A stretch of DNA of 64,000 bases from Rhizodiscina lignyota (Eukaryota): positions 992,001-1,056,000 of the forward strand of contig ML978128.1 in assembly GCA_010015805.1 (NCBI GenBank), given 5' to 3'. Positions 48,918 through 62,645 of the stretch are shown piece after piece (within the stretch, counting starts at the first letter, position 1; each line of letters begins with the position of its first letter). Under the pieces are notes generated by a model, which saw only the letters and a program-made list of their open reading frames with translations, was not told the origin of the DNA and did no database searches. The position numbers and the translations under genes were made by a program.

Positions 48918-49974
48918 ATGCTCGACTTCATTGCCGACCTCTTAACGTGAGTATGCCATCTTCGTTTGCTCAACGCCTCATGTACCACGCGATACACTCC
49001 CAGCTTTCGCACACCCCTTCCGTAGCTTCATATTACCTTCAAAATGCTCCAAATCAAGACTAAAGCGCCTCAGAACAACATGCACCGTCCTCTTCCCCAT
49101 CTTCGCCTCCTACAAAGCCCTCCGCACCTCGGACCCCTCCCAGCTAACCCCCTGGCTCATGTACTGGGTCGTGCTGTCGCTCTTCACCGTCGCCGAGTCC
49201 TACACCGCCTTCATCCTCACCTACATCCCCTTCTACGCGTGGATCCGCTTCTGCCTGCACCTCTACCTCGTGCTGCCCGGCAAGCAAGGCGCCACGCAGA
49301 TCTACACCACCTACGTCCACCCATGGCTGTCGCAGCACGAGGACGAGATCGAGAAGTTCATCTCGGAGGCGCATGAGCGAGCGCGCGCTGCGGGCATGGA
49401 ATACCTCAAGCAGGCGATCAATTGGGTCAAGGTGAACGTGCTCAATCAGCAGCCTCCGCCGCCGTCGCCTCCGCGCCCGAGCAGCCAGACGTATGCGCAG
49501 CAGCTCCTCGCGCGCTTCAACATGCCGTCTGCTGGCGCGCCGGCTGCCGCGGCGGCCGGCGATCTGTATGGCATGTTGTCTGGCGCGCTGGCTGGCTTCA
49601 CCGGCTCCGGCGTGAGCAGGGACCAGGCCGCAGAGGACTTATCCGCGAGCGGGACGCTGATACCAAAGGAGCTGGAAGGCAAGGGCGCGGCAGAGAAGAT
49701 GCAGTACGTGAGCGCGACGAGGGAGTCGCTGCGCGTGCTGCTGCAGGCGTTTGACAAGGAGGCTTTCACCCTCGCGTCCGGAGAGGGTGCGCAGAGCGGC
49801 GATTTGAGCAAGAGCAGGAGCGAGGCGGACTTTGATAACATCGATAAGGATGAGCTGGCGTATGGAAATGTGGCAGAGGCGGGGAGGGGGCCGCAGAGGA
49901 GTGCGAGCGGCGGATGGATGCCGTGGAATTGGGCGCAGAAGCCGGAAGTGGAAGACGATAAGAAGATGCAGTAG
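48918..49974 (+). CDS. HVA22/TB2/DP1 (REEP) family membrane protein, 2 exons
   Basis: ATG 48918 MLDFIADLL, then an intron (GTGAGT). Continues LFPIFASYKAL..PWLMYWVV..IPFYAWIR..LVLPGKQGATQIY..YVHPWL. Confidence 0.88.
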
Positions 49975-50253
49975 ATGCGTGCATATAAGGCTTGCCGCGA
50001 GGCGAATACCAATGGGATCAGGATGGCGCATTTCGGTTCTCGGCTGGACAGGGTTAGATACCATCCTTAGGCAGTCGCTAGAATTGGGCGGCATATACTC
50101 GTGACGAAATGTACGAAATTTGACATGTCTTCGGAGACGTCCTTCGCCGTGGATGAGAGTGATGATTTTGCAATTGTGTGAGCAATGTTGTACATGGTAT
50201 CTAGCTCCTGTCTATACATCATCCAATCCAACACCTTTGGTCCGAGTACTAAC

Positions 50254-51347
50254 CTACGGCCCTTTGACCTCTTTGTACGGATATGCCACGCCTCCTCCAA
50301 TGCTCTTCTTGGTCGTGATCTTCCTCTTCTTCTTAGTAGTGACATGCTCCACCCAGACCTCTCGCGCATGCTGCGCCATGAACTTGCGCAGAAACACCGG
50401 ATCCCACAGCTCACTCGCGACGCCCAGGTCCTTACAGCAGCGCATCAGCGCGTTCGACTTGCACCCCTCGGTCGCAGTCGGGATGCCTTCGGGATCGAAG
50501 TACTGCTGCTCGCCACGGGCTATTGATACGAGTCTGGTCGTAAATTAGACAGAGCGACAAAGGACATAGTAGGAGCGTGGAGGACATACCGCCCATGGAC
50601 AACCAATCCATACTCCCTAGTTACGCTCCTTCCCGTAACCAGCGTCTCTCCTCTCGGCGCTAACCCCCATCCTCCGGGCCCAAATGCGCGATTCAGTATC
50701 CGGCGGTACTTGATCTCGGGCAGGTATGCCAGGCCGTCTGGCTTGATTTCTATGTCCTCCTCTTTTAGAGGCTCTTGTAAGATGCGCTGCGCTTCCTCGG
50801 AGAAGGGTTGCGTGGAGAGGCCATGGAAGGAGCGCGTCCAGTCCACCGCGTTGCTTGAGGATGTGGAGGGTGTGAGGAAAGGTGCGTCAGGGGAGGATTC
50901 GCTGGTTGGGAGAGGCGGAGTGTCTGCGAGACCGAGGGTTAGGTCGCTGACCGGAATGGAACTATTTCTGCTGTTTTCCTTCGTCTTCAACGGGGGTGGT
51001 CGTGGTGGCGCCGGGGATGAATTGCTCGAGGTCGAATTTGATGCAGTTGAAGGTGAAGATCGTGCTACGTTGTTCGCAGGTTTCGATGCTACCGATGAAG
51101 CAGTACTAGCTGGTCTCGATGAAGAGGTTGTGGATTTATTCGCTTTGTATGTGCTAGCTGGTTTCGCTGCCGTGGCCGCTCGAACATTCGAACTCGACGA
51201 GAAATATCGGTGGCGGGATGGTTGGTGAGGGCCATTGTATGACCGGTCGATGGCTGAATTGCTTTGAATTCGCTTCAGTCCTCGTATAGAGGGCCTTGAG
51301 AGTGTCAATAAGCACCGGTAGCCCTCCCGAGGCGCGATCGTCGTCAT
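50254..51347 (-). CDS. MGM101: Mitochondrial genome maintenance protein Mgm101 (Rad52-like), 2 exons
   Basis: [43 protein letters not shown] and [26 protein letters not shown]. Arg/Ser-rich presequence-like N-terminus. Confidence 0.95.
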
Positions 51348-51942
51348 CGTGTAAAGCGTTATTGAAACTTGTACGCGGTCGAGGCGCGAAGTCACTTGAG
51401 CACAGAGAATCTCGGCCCGAGCCATCCACATGCCGAAACACACCAAGGACCTACCATTTCTAGTATATTGCACGTAACATATGATAGAATCATGGGTGAA
51501 TAATTAAATTTTCGAGATTCACGGTTTTCCTCCCCTATGTTTACAATAACACAACTGCGGCAAACTCTGCACGACCACAGGTCTTTCTGCTCCATGTGAC
51601 TAAGGCCACCAGAGCCCGACTATACTCTACAAAACCATCCACAACTACAAGACGCTCAAGATTGTCTCAAGAACCCGCCATGCTATCCCTTCTTTGCTGC
51701 CCGATAACTCCCATGCTTGCGCATTGCCAAGCGCTGTTTTCGATGAACCCTTTCAAACCCAGGAGGAAGACGCCCGTCAGAGGCCGTAAAATTAGATATT
51801 ACTACACGCATGAAGACCACCTCTCCTCTTTTGCGCAACCCGCAAATGGAAGGGTGATCGACACTCCGAATAGGGGAGGCAGAAACGAAGATTCTGATGT
51901 TAAGACATTGGCAGAATAGGCAAGAAGATATTAGAGATCGTT

Positions 51943-53686
51943 TCAGTCCGAATAAGCGGCCTCGAAGAGGTAGATGATGCCGAAGACGAGGAATGCGTAG
52001 GCGCCGCCTAGAGTGACTATCATATATATGTCAGCAAATGGTGGCAACTTCATCTCGGTGATCTCTGGCGACTTACCAACTCTCATGCTCACTCTTCCAG
52101 CGATAGCTTTCCCTCCCAGAACGGCAATACCGGTGCATACCGCATGTCCTGATATGGCACCGCCAGTAACCCACCAATAGTCCTGACCTGCGGCCATGGC
52201 AATCGTCGCAATTTGACTTCGATCGCCCCACTCTCCCAAGAACGTCATGATGAACGTCTGCACCCAAGCCGGGCTAAGTAGCAAACCGAGAAGATTCGAC
52301 AGTCCTGTCACCGCACTATTCATGCCACCATTCGGTGCCGGCGAAGGTGATGTTGACGGACTCCGCGGGGGCGGTAGACGCGAATCGCTGCGTGATCGTC
52401 TCCCCCTGCCTGCCTCGAGTGCATACGGCGTGATAGACGACTTGCGGCGCGACTTGCGGCGCATACTGTGCTCCTTCTCTTCCAGCTCCATCTCAACCTC
52501 GCGCATCTCCTCGCCTACGCCCTCATTCGGGCTCATCTTCCAGCCCTCTCTCAGCATCTTTGCGCCAAAGACCAGGAACAGAACCGCAGCTGCAAAGTTG
52601 GTGAAGCGTTTAGGCAGGAGAGTAGGGACGGCGTGTCCCAGGACGGCTGATAGGACGGTCATGGTAATGAGGGCGGAGAAGGCAGCAGAGAAGACGACCA
52701 TACGAGGATGGCGCATCGCCATGAGCGCCGCCACTAGGAACGTCTTGTCACCTATTTCTGAGAAGAGGATCATGGCGAGAGAGAGAACGAAGGAATGGAA
52801 GGGTTGGATGATGCCTTCTGGTTCGTCTTCTGGGGAGGTTGAGGGTGAGGTGTCTGCGGGTGCTTTAACGGGCGGCTCGGAAAGTGGATCACCTGTTTGA
52901 GTGCCAGGTGGTGCGGGATGAGGGATGTCGTGTGGTTTGTCGGGGAGATCCGCTGGCTTCTATGCAGGGGGAGAATCATTAGTACAGTCATGGACAGCCA
53001 TATGTAATGATGAAACATACCTCGAGGCCATGTGAGCCCGTTGATGTCTCTTCCTCCGTGGTGTGCTTGATAGTCTTCTCCTTGGATGACTTCGGCTCCT
53101 CACTCTCAGGCAACGGTGGCACCTCCTTTGGTGATTCTGGCCTCTTAATATCTGGCGGTCCCGCTTTTGTCTCTTCCTGCGCTTTCTTCAACCTGTCTCT
53201 CTCCGAGACACCACCCTCTGTCCCCGTTGTACCCTCCTTGGGGGCCTCGCGATGCGGATCATCCATCACCGTATCTTGCGCCTCCATTAACAGTCTATGC
53301 TGTTCCTTCTCTTGTTCCGTCGCGCCATCCGGATCTAATAAATCATCCTTGTCCTGCTTGCTCGTCTTCTGGCTAGGTACGATGTCCTCCACGGTCTGAG
53401 GCTTCTTTTTTGTCGAGCTGGAGTCCACAAACGGTCCTGCGTGCGGCTTGCCGTCCAGTCCGTCAACCGGCGCGTCTTTCGTCCCTACATCTTTGGGAGA
53501 TGTTAACGATGTTTGGATAGACGCGACAGGGACGTCTGCGGCGACTGCGGCGGCGATGGGGTCGCTGGCGAGTTGCTCTACGGAGCCCGGCTTACCCTTC
53601 GTTGCATCGACGGCGACGGAGGCGGCGAGGTGAGGGAGAAGGATAGGGAGCAAGAGAAGAGGTGTTCGTCTTCTTCTAATTCTCAT
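51943..53686 (-). CDS. GDT1: GDT1/TMEM165 (UPF0016) Ca2+/Mn2+ transporter, 3 exons
   Basis: Signal peptide and acidic luminal N-terminus. The two family motifs are EIGDKT and EWGDRSQ. Confidence 0.93.
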
Positions 53687-54641
53687 CGTGTGTTTTCTTG
53701 AGTATTAAAGGAGTGGAAAGGGGTCGTCGAACGACCGCGGTTGTGAGAGCTGAACTCTGCTCTCTGAAAGGATTCGTGTCGTCTCGTGCTGAGCAACTCC
53801 AGTCTTGCGCAGTATAGTCGAGTAGATGCTCAATGAATTCTGCAAGGGGAAAAGATGGAAGACGATCAACGGTGGAAAATGTTTTGCAAGTGTCACTGGA
53901 GCTGAGAGATGCCAGCGGTGCGTGCTGATCGCTGGGTGTCGATTGTCACGCAGCGCGCACTTTTCTGGCTGTGGCTGTGGGGCGACTCGCAGGGATGCGC
54001 TCCCTAAGCGGCCCCTGATTTGGGAGTCCCGTACCTGGAGTATCTGGGGAAAGCAGATTAAAAGATCGATTTGACAAATATTTTCATAGGGCAGAGCGTT
54101 CATAACGCGCTCGGCGACAGCAAGAGTGCCTCTATGCATTCCTTAGCCCGCATTCTCAGGGTCTCTTTGCGGCAACAGAGTTTCACTGAGGGTATCGAGT
54201 CGCAGCCCACGCAGGCGCGTTGAAACGACAGGACGCCGCTCTCGAAGCACCATAGATATCGTGGGCCTCTCGTTTGGGGCCGTTTCGACACAGATAGGCG
54301 TGGGGTGAAGATGTGAAGTGTACATGGGCGCATGTTCGCACGAGATGCGCGATTTACGGCTGAAGGTACGATGGATGTACCTTTGAACCTAGAGTGGAAG
54401 GTGCGTATGGTAAGGCTGGGTTTTGGCCTGGTCGACCTGCCTCGGGCGTGACATAGTTCTGCATGCAGGCTCATGGGGAACATGCAGAGACGTCATTCGA
54501 AGTGCTTTTTTCACTTCTGAAGTCAACGAACACGGAGTTTGTTCCTTTCTTGCGAACACTTGAGATGCTTTGCTGCTGGTCATGAGAGCCCCGGCGGTGC
54601 GCTTGCACCGAAGCGGTCTAGCGCAGGTTTCTCCAACCGGC

Positions 54642-54673
54642 TTCTAGGGTTTGGCCGGCGCCAACCCTAAGAA
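54642..54673. promoter_or_regulatory. Inverted repeat containing telomere-like TAGGGTT / AACCCTAA half-sites
   Basis: ttctagggtttggc-cggc-gccaaccctaagaa, 70-100 bp upstream of ATG 54745. Confidence 0.5.
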
Positions 54674-54744
54674 TCTTCCAAACACCACCACCCACCCCAT
54701 CGTCGACATCCATTACATTCGGCGCCAGCTCGTTATCCGGAGGC

Positions 54745-57649
54745 ATGATGGCTCGTAGCACTAGGTCGACGAGGAGTGCTTCGCGCGAGATCAGTGCGCC
54801 GCCAGCAGGTACGCGAGGAAGCGCGCGCCGTGCTAAAAGCGCAGAAGTAGAGAACAGCGGTGACACTGTCGCCAACGCAAGCACGGCGCGAAGAACACAA
54901 AGGGGGAAGAAGAAGAATGCAGATGGTGTGTAGTCATGTCTCTTTTCCTTTGCGCAATTGGTTTGCTATGCCCTCAGCCCATTGTTCACTACGTCAAACC
55001 TCTTGAGTGTGCCAATTGTCTCGGCCAAAGCCCCCAATCTGTGCTTTATCAAAGGTTCCCTCCGAGCATTTACATGGCATGTCCCGGCTTCACTTGGTGT
55101 TGATACAACGCTGCGCATTCACCGTCGGCGCTTTGATCTTTCAGGGTCGCATCCGACCTGCAGCATCATGACGAGGCATAACCCTGGTCAGAAAACAATC
55201 AAAAAGAATACGAGCTCTCCATTTCCAAATTCCATGCGCCGCGTATCTTTCACAATGAGATTCACTTACGGCAGGCAAGAGTGGAACGATATTGTTAACA
55301 AAATTTTGGCAGCTTCAAAACTTCCCGTCCTTGAAGAAACTCCGGATATGGAAGAGGATGAGGACGATCCTCAGGAGCGCCTCCTGGTCGCCGCGCAACA
55401 GTCTCCTGGAGCTGTCTCGAATGTATCGGGTACCACAGCCGTCACGCAAACTACGGCGGTTGGAGGTACCGACCTGGACTTTGAGGAAGTCGCCTACGTC
55501 CTACCCTATCTTTACGATACAGGCGAAGACTTCTTGAAGATTCTCACTCCAGACAATGCAACTGCCGATGACCTGCACACCATCGTTAATGACCTGAAGA
55601 TGTCCAACTCTAAAATCAGTACTCAGGTGAAGCGGAGGGAGGCGGCTTTCGGGACGCAGTATGGTAGTTTGACCGACTCTCCTTACCTCGACCCGCCAGT
55701 GTTCCTCAAAAATAGCATGAAACGGGGCCACATGCCCAAGCTGGATACAGATCCGTGGAGGCCGGACGATATCCTCTTCAAAAGTAACGGAGTGAATCTT
55801 GCACGCATTTTGGTGAAACAAGAACGTGGAACGGCAGAAACGTATCGCACAATCAGAGAACTGGACAACATATTCCCCGCGCTCTTCATCAGCGCTTTCG
55901 GAGCATTCGCTTCTGGAGAGCCTCCGATCGGAGGCAGTAGCCTACTTCGGCAGACTGTTGATCTAGCACTAGAGATCCGGACCCAGTCACTGATCATGAC
56001 TTTAGCGAACATCAAGGATGACGACACATTCGATCCGGACGTAACCTTGAATCAAGTCTTCTTCACAGCCTCAAGCACCAGTCAGGGCCAGCAGGAACTT
56101 CGAAAGTTTAGTCTCCCTCAAGCGGGCATCGCAACGCCAATGAAAAAGGATTTCGACAAGAGAACTCTTGAAAGGATCCAACGCATTCGGAGCCATTTCT
56201 TAGACAATGCCGCTTTCGTTGACTGGGCGGCATTGGAGGGCGACTTTCCGTGGCCTTCATTCCAAGTCTTGGTCCTTGACTGGGTCCGAATGCGTAACCG
56301 TGAGCTCAACAGCATGATCTTGGCACGCGGTGGCGCTCGAGAAATCGTCGAGATGCTTGAGGAGGCAAATGCCGGGATCTGGAAGGAGAGACCTTTGCGT
56401 GTTAATACTGGATCTGGCCAAATAACGCCTCAGAGGGCACAGACCCAGCCAACACCAGTGGAGAAAAGGCGACCTGCTGGGACCCCAACAACCAAGTGAG
56501 TTCGGACTTTTTTCGGTGTTTAGCTCTCTGCTTGCTTTCGTCGGTCAGTAGAATATCTTTTGACGTTGTAATAGTGATGCGAGCGATCTCGCCCTACTCA
56601 AAGCGCTTGACAAGCGCATTTCCGGAAGTCTTACCTCAGCAGCATTTGATCCGATACCACAGCCAAGCACTGCGCCCGCTGTTTTGCCGGTGCAACATGG
56701 CGACAACGGTGCTCTGGCAGAGCAACAGCTCCAGGAGGAAGATACGTGGCAGCCACCGCCCGACATTTACGAAGATCCAGTAATCGACCCAGATGCTGGT
56801 ACGAGCAACATTCCCCAGTGGCAACAGGCGACTCTTGAGGCAGCCGCAACGCAAGATCGGCAGAATAGAGAGGGTCTGCGACAGCCACAGCAGCAACCAC
56901 AGCGGCGCTTTCTCGACCCTCAGTCAGGCGCAACTCGAGTAGAGTTTGACGAGTATACCCAACCTCAGGAGGTAATTCCAACCAGCAGCCGTAACGCAAA
57001 TGGCAAGCGGCCCGCTCAAGATGATGACCAAGAGGGGATCGATCCAAGTCAAGACGTTGGCTTCCAGAGCGATGACCGTAACATCGATCCTGTGGCCCGC
57101 AGATTGGCCGCACCAGTCCCTCAGGGCCGCGCACCCGTAGCGCAGATGATGCCGAGTTCGCGAAAGCGTGCGAGGTTCTCGGCACAGGTTGACGAAGAAT
57201 ATGCTGATGATCCGGATCATGATGCGGATGCCGATGGCGACGATGACCCCGACCCAGCGTCCTCCTACCAGAGGACAAAAGCTCTAGCCAGAGGAGCGTC
57301 CCGGCAGGCTTCACAAGAAGGAATCCTCGCGCGTCCCACCGGCGCTCAGGGTGATATGGGTCGAGCACGAGCTAATCCGGGGAAGCGCAGGTGGACCCCC
57401 GAGCAGGAGGAAGCGCTGATCCGCTACATTGAGGATAAGGGCTGCAAGTGGGCTGAGATCAAGAAGTGGGACGACGAGCACGGAGAGCGAGTGCTGTTGG
57501 ACTGGAGCCAGGTCGATATCAAGGATAAGGCGATTAACATGCGTCTTGACTTTGAGAAGGCGCGCACTGGCCTGCCGAGGAACTTCGAATTGATCACGCT
57601 GAGGAGGCGAGACAAGGAGAAGTTGGAGAGTATGGGCATTATTGTTTAA
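54745..57649 (+). CDS. Telobox-type Myb/SANT DNA-binding protein (TRF/Tbf1/Taz1-like), 3 exons
   Basis: C-terminal RRWTPEQEEAL...KWAEIK...SQVDIKDKAINMR resembles the telobox LKDKARN. Central helical domain LALEIRTQ..FDPD..L..VF. Introns ~54926..55312 and ~56496..56574 join in frame. Confidence 0.75.
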
Positions 57650-57970
57650 GTGTGAGGTCCGTTGGTTTTGTGGGGGATCGTCTATTTTGTGGGGTTGTGG
57701 GGGGTTGTCTGGGGAAGGAAGGTGATGATGGGCCTTGGGGGCGCTATGGTTGTTTCCGTGATTTTTCGCAACGTCAGACCTTGCTTCGCAGCTGGTACTA
57801 GGAATTATGCTCTTTTGTAGCAACAAGTCGCTTTTTGCAATGCCATCTGTCGCTATCGATACACTATGATGCTTTTTGCTTTTTGCTTTTTGCTAAATTC
57901 GGGGTCGGGATGCAAATCTTGTTCGGCTTCACCGTTGGTCAATATGTTTCTTGGAGACTGGAGACACCTC

Positions 57971-59295
57971 TTAGTCTGTTCGCCCTACGACTGACATTCT
58001 CCTTGCCTGCACATGCAGTAGTCTGAGAACTTTGATCAGATCGCCGGTAACACCCATGGCTGTCACCTCTCCGCCAGCGCTACATTATAGTTAGTCTCAC
58101 ATTAATCCTCTTCCCGTGGACAATCAACTCACCCTGCACCTTGAATGATCAGCGGGTTGTCTCCGTATCGCTTTGTGTAGAAGCTAATAATATTGTCGCT
58201 CCCTTTGAGAGCGGCGATCGGATGCGAGGCATCGAATCTAATTGTCATCAGCACCCGGACTTGCGCCCATCCGTATACGAGACCGAGAGACTCACTTCTC
58301 CAAGCCAACCTTGACACCCTTCTTCGCCACATCAATGCTCCCGACAAACCTCACAACCTTACCCTCCTTGGCAGCCTCCTCCTTGGTCTTGTCCATCTGG
58401 CCATCAAACTGCGGCAGCTTCTCCAAAAACTCGTCGCCACTGGAACAGCTTTCCAACTCCTTTGGAATCAAGCTCTGTACCGGAAAGCTCGTCGCGCTCT
58501 CGACATCCAGTCCCACCATCCGCGCCAGAATGGTCAGCTTACGCGCAACATCCAGGCCGTTCAGATCGTCTCTCGGATCCGGCTCGGTGTAGCCCAGCTC
58601 CTTCGCCTTCTTCACCTCGGCGCTGAACTGGCCGCCGCCGCCGCCAACAGGCATGAATGAATTGAAGAGGAAGGACATGGTGCCGCTGAATACGCCCTCG
58701 ATGCGGGTCACTTCATCGCCCGTCTCAACGAGTTCCTTCAGGGTACTGATGACAGGCAATCCTGCACCGCACGAGCTCTCGTGGAAGACCCAACCCCCAG
58801 AGCCGGTGCCGTTCGAAGCGGCAGAGAAGATCTCTTTCCACAGTGCGAGGGAGGATGAGAATGCCTTCTTGTTGGGCGTCACGACATTGATGCCCTTCGC
58901 CAGGAACGTGGGGTAGGCGTCTGCTATGTCCTGGTTGCTGGTATTATCTATCAGGATGGTCTTCTCAGGAGCCTTTTCAAGGTATTGCGCGATCTCTGCC
59001 GGGCTCATAGGCGTGGTGGTGGAGGATTGTAGGTCGGAGGCACAGGTGGAGAGGTTGAGATGGTGGTAGTTCGGGCTGAGGAGCAGCTTCTTCGAGGAGG
59101 CGAGGAGGATGAGAGAGATGTACATGGGCTGGGAGGGATTCTGGGACATTCGCTGGGCCAATTGACTCAATTGACCAAGGAAGGCCTTGCCCACGCCGCC
59201 GACGCCTGGAAGAAGGTGGTTAGCTGGGGATTAAAAGTCGGATTTTGGAGGGGTATACCAATGATGGCGACGAAGACTTGTCGTGGTGGTGCCAT
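57971..59295 (-). CDS. HOM6: Homoserine dehydrogenase, 4 exons
   Basis: VAIIG|VGGVG, DNTS, TPNKK, HESSCGAGLPVI, EGVFSGTMS, GYTEPDPRDDLNGLDVARK, LKGSDN and QGAGAGGEVTAMGV. Confidence 0.95.
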
Positions 59296-60075
59296 TGCTT
59301 AAGGTGTGCTAGATTGTAACGTAGAGGAAGTCTTCGAGACAATTGTTCTGCTCAATTGGAGATTATTTTCGTGCGAGGATGACTATGTATAGGTAGCGTC
59401 GGGATTTGAAGTTGCAGTGCGGCAGTGCGGCTAGCGTGATTCAACGACTCCAAAGCTCACATGCGTTCGCCGGTAGGAGCTGAACTATATAGATATCACC
59501 GTCGGGTGCAGCCGGGTGTGGGGTACATGGGAAGTCTTTGTGGTGTCGAGTGACATTCGAATGACGGGCCCCCTGAGTATACAAAACGACTGTTGATCAA
59601 CAAATGCAGTTCGTTCTGCAGCGAAAGACGCAGAGCAAGTCACACCCCGCATTTCCCTTTTCGGATGATTGCGGGGCGGTGATGGCTCGGATGGTGCACC
59701 TCAGATCGTGACAAAAAAGCTGGTCGCGATGGTGGTCGAAAGAGTGATGCATAGAAGGGTTCTGCTCTTCAATAGAAACGAAAGCATTGCTGAAAGTTCA
59801 GTATAATATGCTTTGGAGTGCACTGGTCAAGATCGCACGGCTCCAGTAAAAATAGACCGCCCTGATTGGATAGAGCGTGTATCCTGGCAGCTCCACGTGT
59901 TGAAGGTGTGGCGCAACTTTTTCGTCACCCAGATCTGGGCACGTCAACTGCCAACCGCTGATGACATCCCTGCAGCACTTCTTCAACTGCGGCTTTGTAA
60001 CAGAGTTGCTAAGCTCTGGCACCTCACATCTCTTCCTCTTCCCCGGGATCGACCGTCTCTGTACATGTTGTTGCA

Positions 60076-61125
60076 ATGGCCTCCAAAGACACGGCCATCC
60101 CCCTGTACGGCGCGCCTCGTCGCAACAAATCACACGCCAAAGAGATCTCATCGTCTTCCACACTCAACTTCACCTCGCAGCTCTCCTCACTTATCACCGC
60201 ATCAAAATCCTCCGACGCACCTACGTCCAAGTCTTCCACCGGCCGGCAGCGGCCTAAGAAAGAAGACATCTTCACCAAGCACAACAAGGGCTCTAAGAAG
60301 CGTGCTTTGGCCGACCTAGAAGAGGACGATTTCACGAAGCAGAAGCACAGCACGAGCTCTGAAGCGGTAGACGAGGCACAATGGCGCCGCGCAAAGCGGA
60401 AGATGGAGGAGAAGGCGCGCCTCTACGATGCACTGAAACGCGGTGATCTAGAGGATGTCAACGACAAATACGGCGTCGATTTCGACAGGAAGTGGGCAGA
60501 GGCGCAGGAGAGAGGTGACAAGGATGAGGAAATCTCGGACAACGAGGACGATGACAGCGGCAAAGAGGAGGAGGAAATGGTGGAGTACATCGACGAGTTT
60601 GGCCGCTTACGACGCGGTACGAAGGCCGAAGCCAAGATCCAGGAGAAGATTAACAGGGCGAGGGAGATGGGTGTGGACCACGCAGATCGCTTTACAGCCA
60701 GACCTACCGCACCAGAGAACGTAATCTGGGGCGACACAGTTCAGACTGCAGCTTTCAACCCCGACGAGACAATTGCACAGAAGATGGCCGACATAGCCCA
60801 GAAGCGAGACCGCTCGCTCACGCCGCCACCGGACACGCACTTTGACGCGAGGCAAGAAGTTAGGCAGAAGGGACAAGGCTTCTTCCAGTTTAGCGCGGAC
60901 GAGGAGACGAGGAAGAAGGAATTCGCGAATTTGGAGAAGGAGCGCGTTGAGACTGAGCGCAGGCGCCAGGAGAATGCTGATAGGAAGGAGAAGAGGAAGA
61001 AAGAGGTGGAGGAACGTAGGAAGGCTATCCAGCAGAAGAGGGGCAAAGCAGAGGCGGACAAGTTCTTGGACGGATTGATGGGAGAACTTGGAGAAAGTAA
61101 GGCGGAGGAGAAGGGTGATGACTAG
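60076..61125 (+). CDS. CCDC174-like (DUF4078) coiled-coil protein, single exon
   Basis: KMEEKARLYDAL, VDFDRKW, VEYIDEFGR and HFDARQEVRQKGQGFFQFS. Confidence 0.8.
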   Translation: MASKDTAIPLYGAPRRNKSHAKEISSSSTLNFTSQLSSLITASKSSDAPTSKSSTGRQRPKKEDIFTKHNKGSKKRALADLEEDDFTKQKHSTSSEAVDEAQWRRAKRKMEEKARLYDALKRGDLEDVNDKYGVDFDRKWAEAQERGDKDEEISDNEDDDSGKEEEEMVEYIDEFGRLRRGTKAEAKIQEKINRAREMGVDHADRFTARPTAPENVIWGDTVQTAAFNPDETIAQKMADIAQKRDRSLTPPPDTHFDARQEVRQKGQGFFQFSADEETRKKEFANLEKERVETERRRQENADRKEKRKKEVEERRKAIQQKRGKAEADKFLDGLMGELGESKAEEKGDD

Positions 61126-61496
61126 GTTCGTTCCGCGCAGCATATTTGAGGATACATGCCTATACCCTCCCAGCGTATTAGGAGTCCTGGCTAGAAGGTT
61201 GAATGATACCCCTCTGCATGATAGCATCTCCGCCTGCGGTACAGCAACAGATTCTGAGTAATCAAACTTTCAAACGCCCTTCTACTCCAATAGCCAGACT
61301 TCAATTTTCGTGGGGATCGCAAATAGAGTCTCTTCTCCCTAATGTGGCGTCTGTACCCCATACTTTTGCGGCGGCGGTGCGGAGGTTCAGATCCATCTTT
61401 GGATTAGCGCCTCTTGGACCCCATGTCCCTGACTTTAGGCACACTCCCTTGAGAATTGAAATCCCTTTCATCCTATGGCGGCTTGCCAGTGTCAAT

Positions 61497-62645
61497 ATGA
61501 AACCACGGCCTAGTCAGAGATGTCTTACGGCCATCTTCCTAGCTGGCTTGCTGTTCATGCAGTTTGCAGATGCATCCATAGGTGACAGACTACCTGAATT
61601 CAAGAGCTGTGTCGAGGTAAGCGTGGAAGCATTTTCAAGCTTGACTGGCACGCGACTGACGAGTGGTAGACATGTAAAGAGACGAATTGCGTCCCTAATG
61701 GACCATCCATCCGTACGATTCTCCATATTCCGTCTATCCAATCGCTCTGGAACCATGACTGACATTCGTCTCTCAAGCTTTCCAACGCCGTCTCCTCCTC
61801 TGGGACTGCCCCTCCGAATGCGATTATACCTGCCAGCACATAATCACCTCCGCGCGCATCGCCAACCATGATCCCATCGTCCAATTTCACGGAAAATGGC
61901 CGTTCTTCCGTTTCCTGGGCATGCAGGAGCCCTTCTCTGTGCTCTTCTCCCTCCTGAACTTCCTCGCGCACGACTGGGGCATGCGCAAACTGCGCGAGAC
62001 GATTCCCGCTTCCTACCCACTGCGGAAATATTATCTTCTGTTCGGCTACTTTGGGCTGGCGAGCTGGGTGTTTAGCATGGTGTTCCATACGCGGGATTTC
62101 AATCTCACGGAAAAGTTGGACTATCTTGGAGCAGGCGCAAGTGTGCTTTATGGGCTTTACTTCGCTCCCATACGCGTCTTCCGACTCGACCAGTCCAACA
62201 CAGCACGTACAGCCTACAAGTCCTCCATTTTACGTCTCTGGACCATCGTGTGCTTGGTACTCTACGCCTTTCACGCTGGATTCCTCTTACTTGTAAGGTG
62301 GGACTATACGTACAACATGGCGGCCAACGTGGCTGTCGGGATCGTGCAGAACATTCTGTGGAGTGGCTTCAGTATTGTCCGTTTCAGAAGGATGAAACGC
62401 ATCTGGGCAGCATGGCCGGGCTTAATTGTCGCGTGGATCATCTTGGCCATGTCTTTTGAATTACTGGATTTCCCTGGCCAGATTATAGACGCCCATGCTC
62501 TATGGCATGCGGGGACTGTCGTACCGACTATCTGGTGGTATAAGTGAGTGATAGCAGCATGGTTACAGGCATGGAGCTAATCTGTGGCAGTTTCTTGATT
62601 AAAGATGCGCAGGAGGATATGCATGGCGTTAGGCTCAAAGCTTGA
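61497..62645 (+). CDS. PER1: Per1/PGAP3 GPI-anchor remodelling protein, 4 exons
   Basis: Signal peptide then ASIGDRLPEF..C. Motifs WDCPSECDYTCQH, QFHGKWPF.R, QEPFSVLFS, FHTRD..TEKLDY and DAHALWH. Last exon ends GVRLKA*. Confidence 0.95.
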
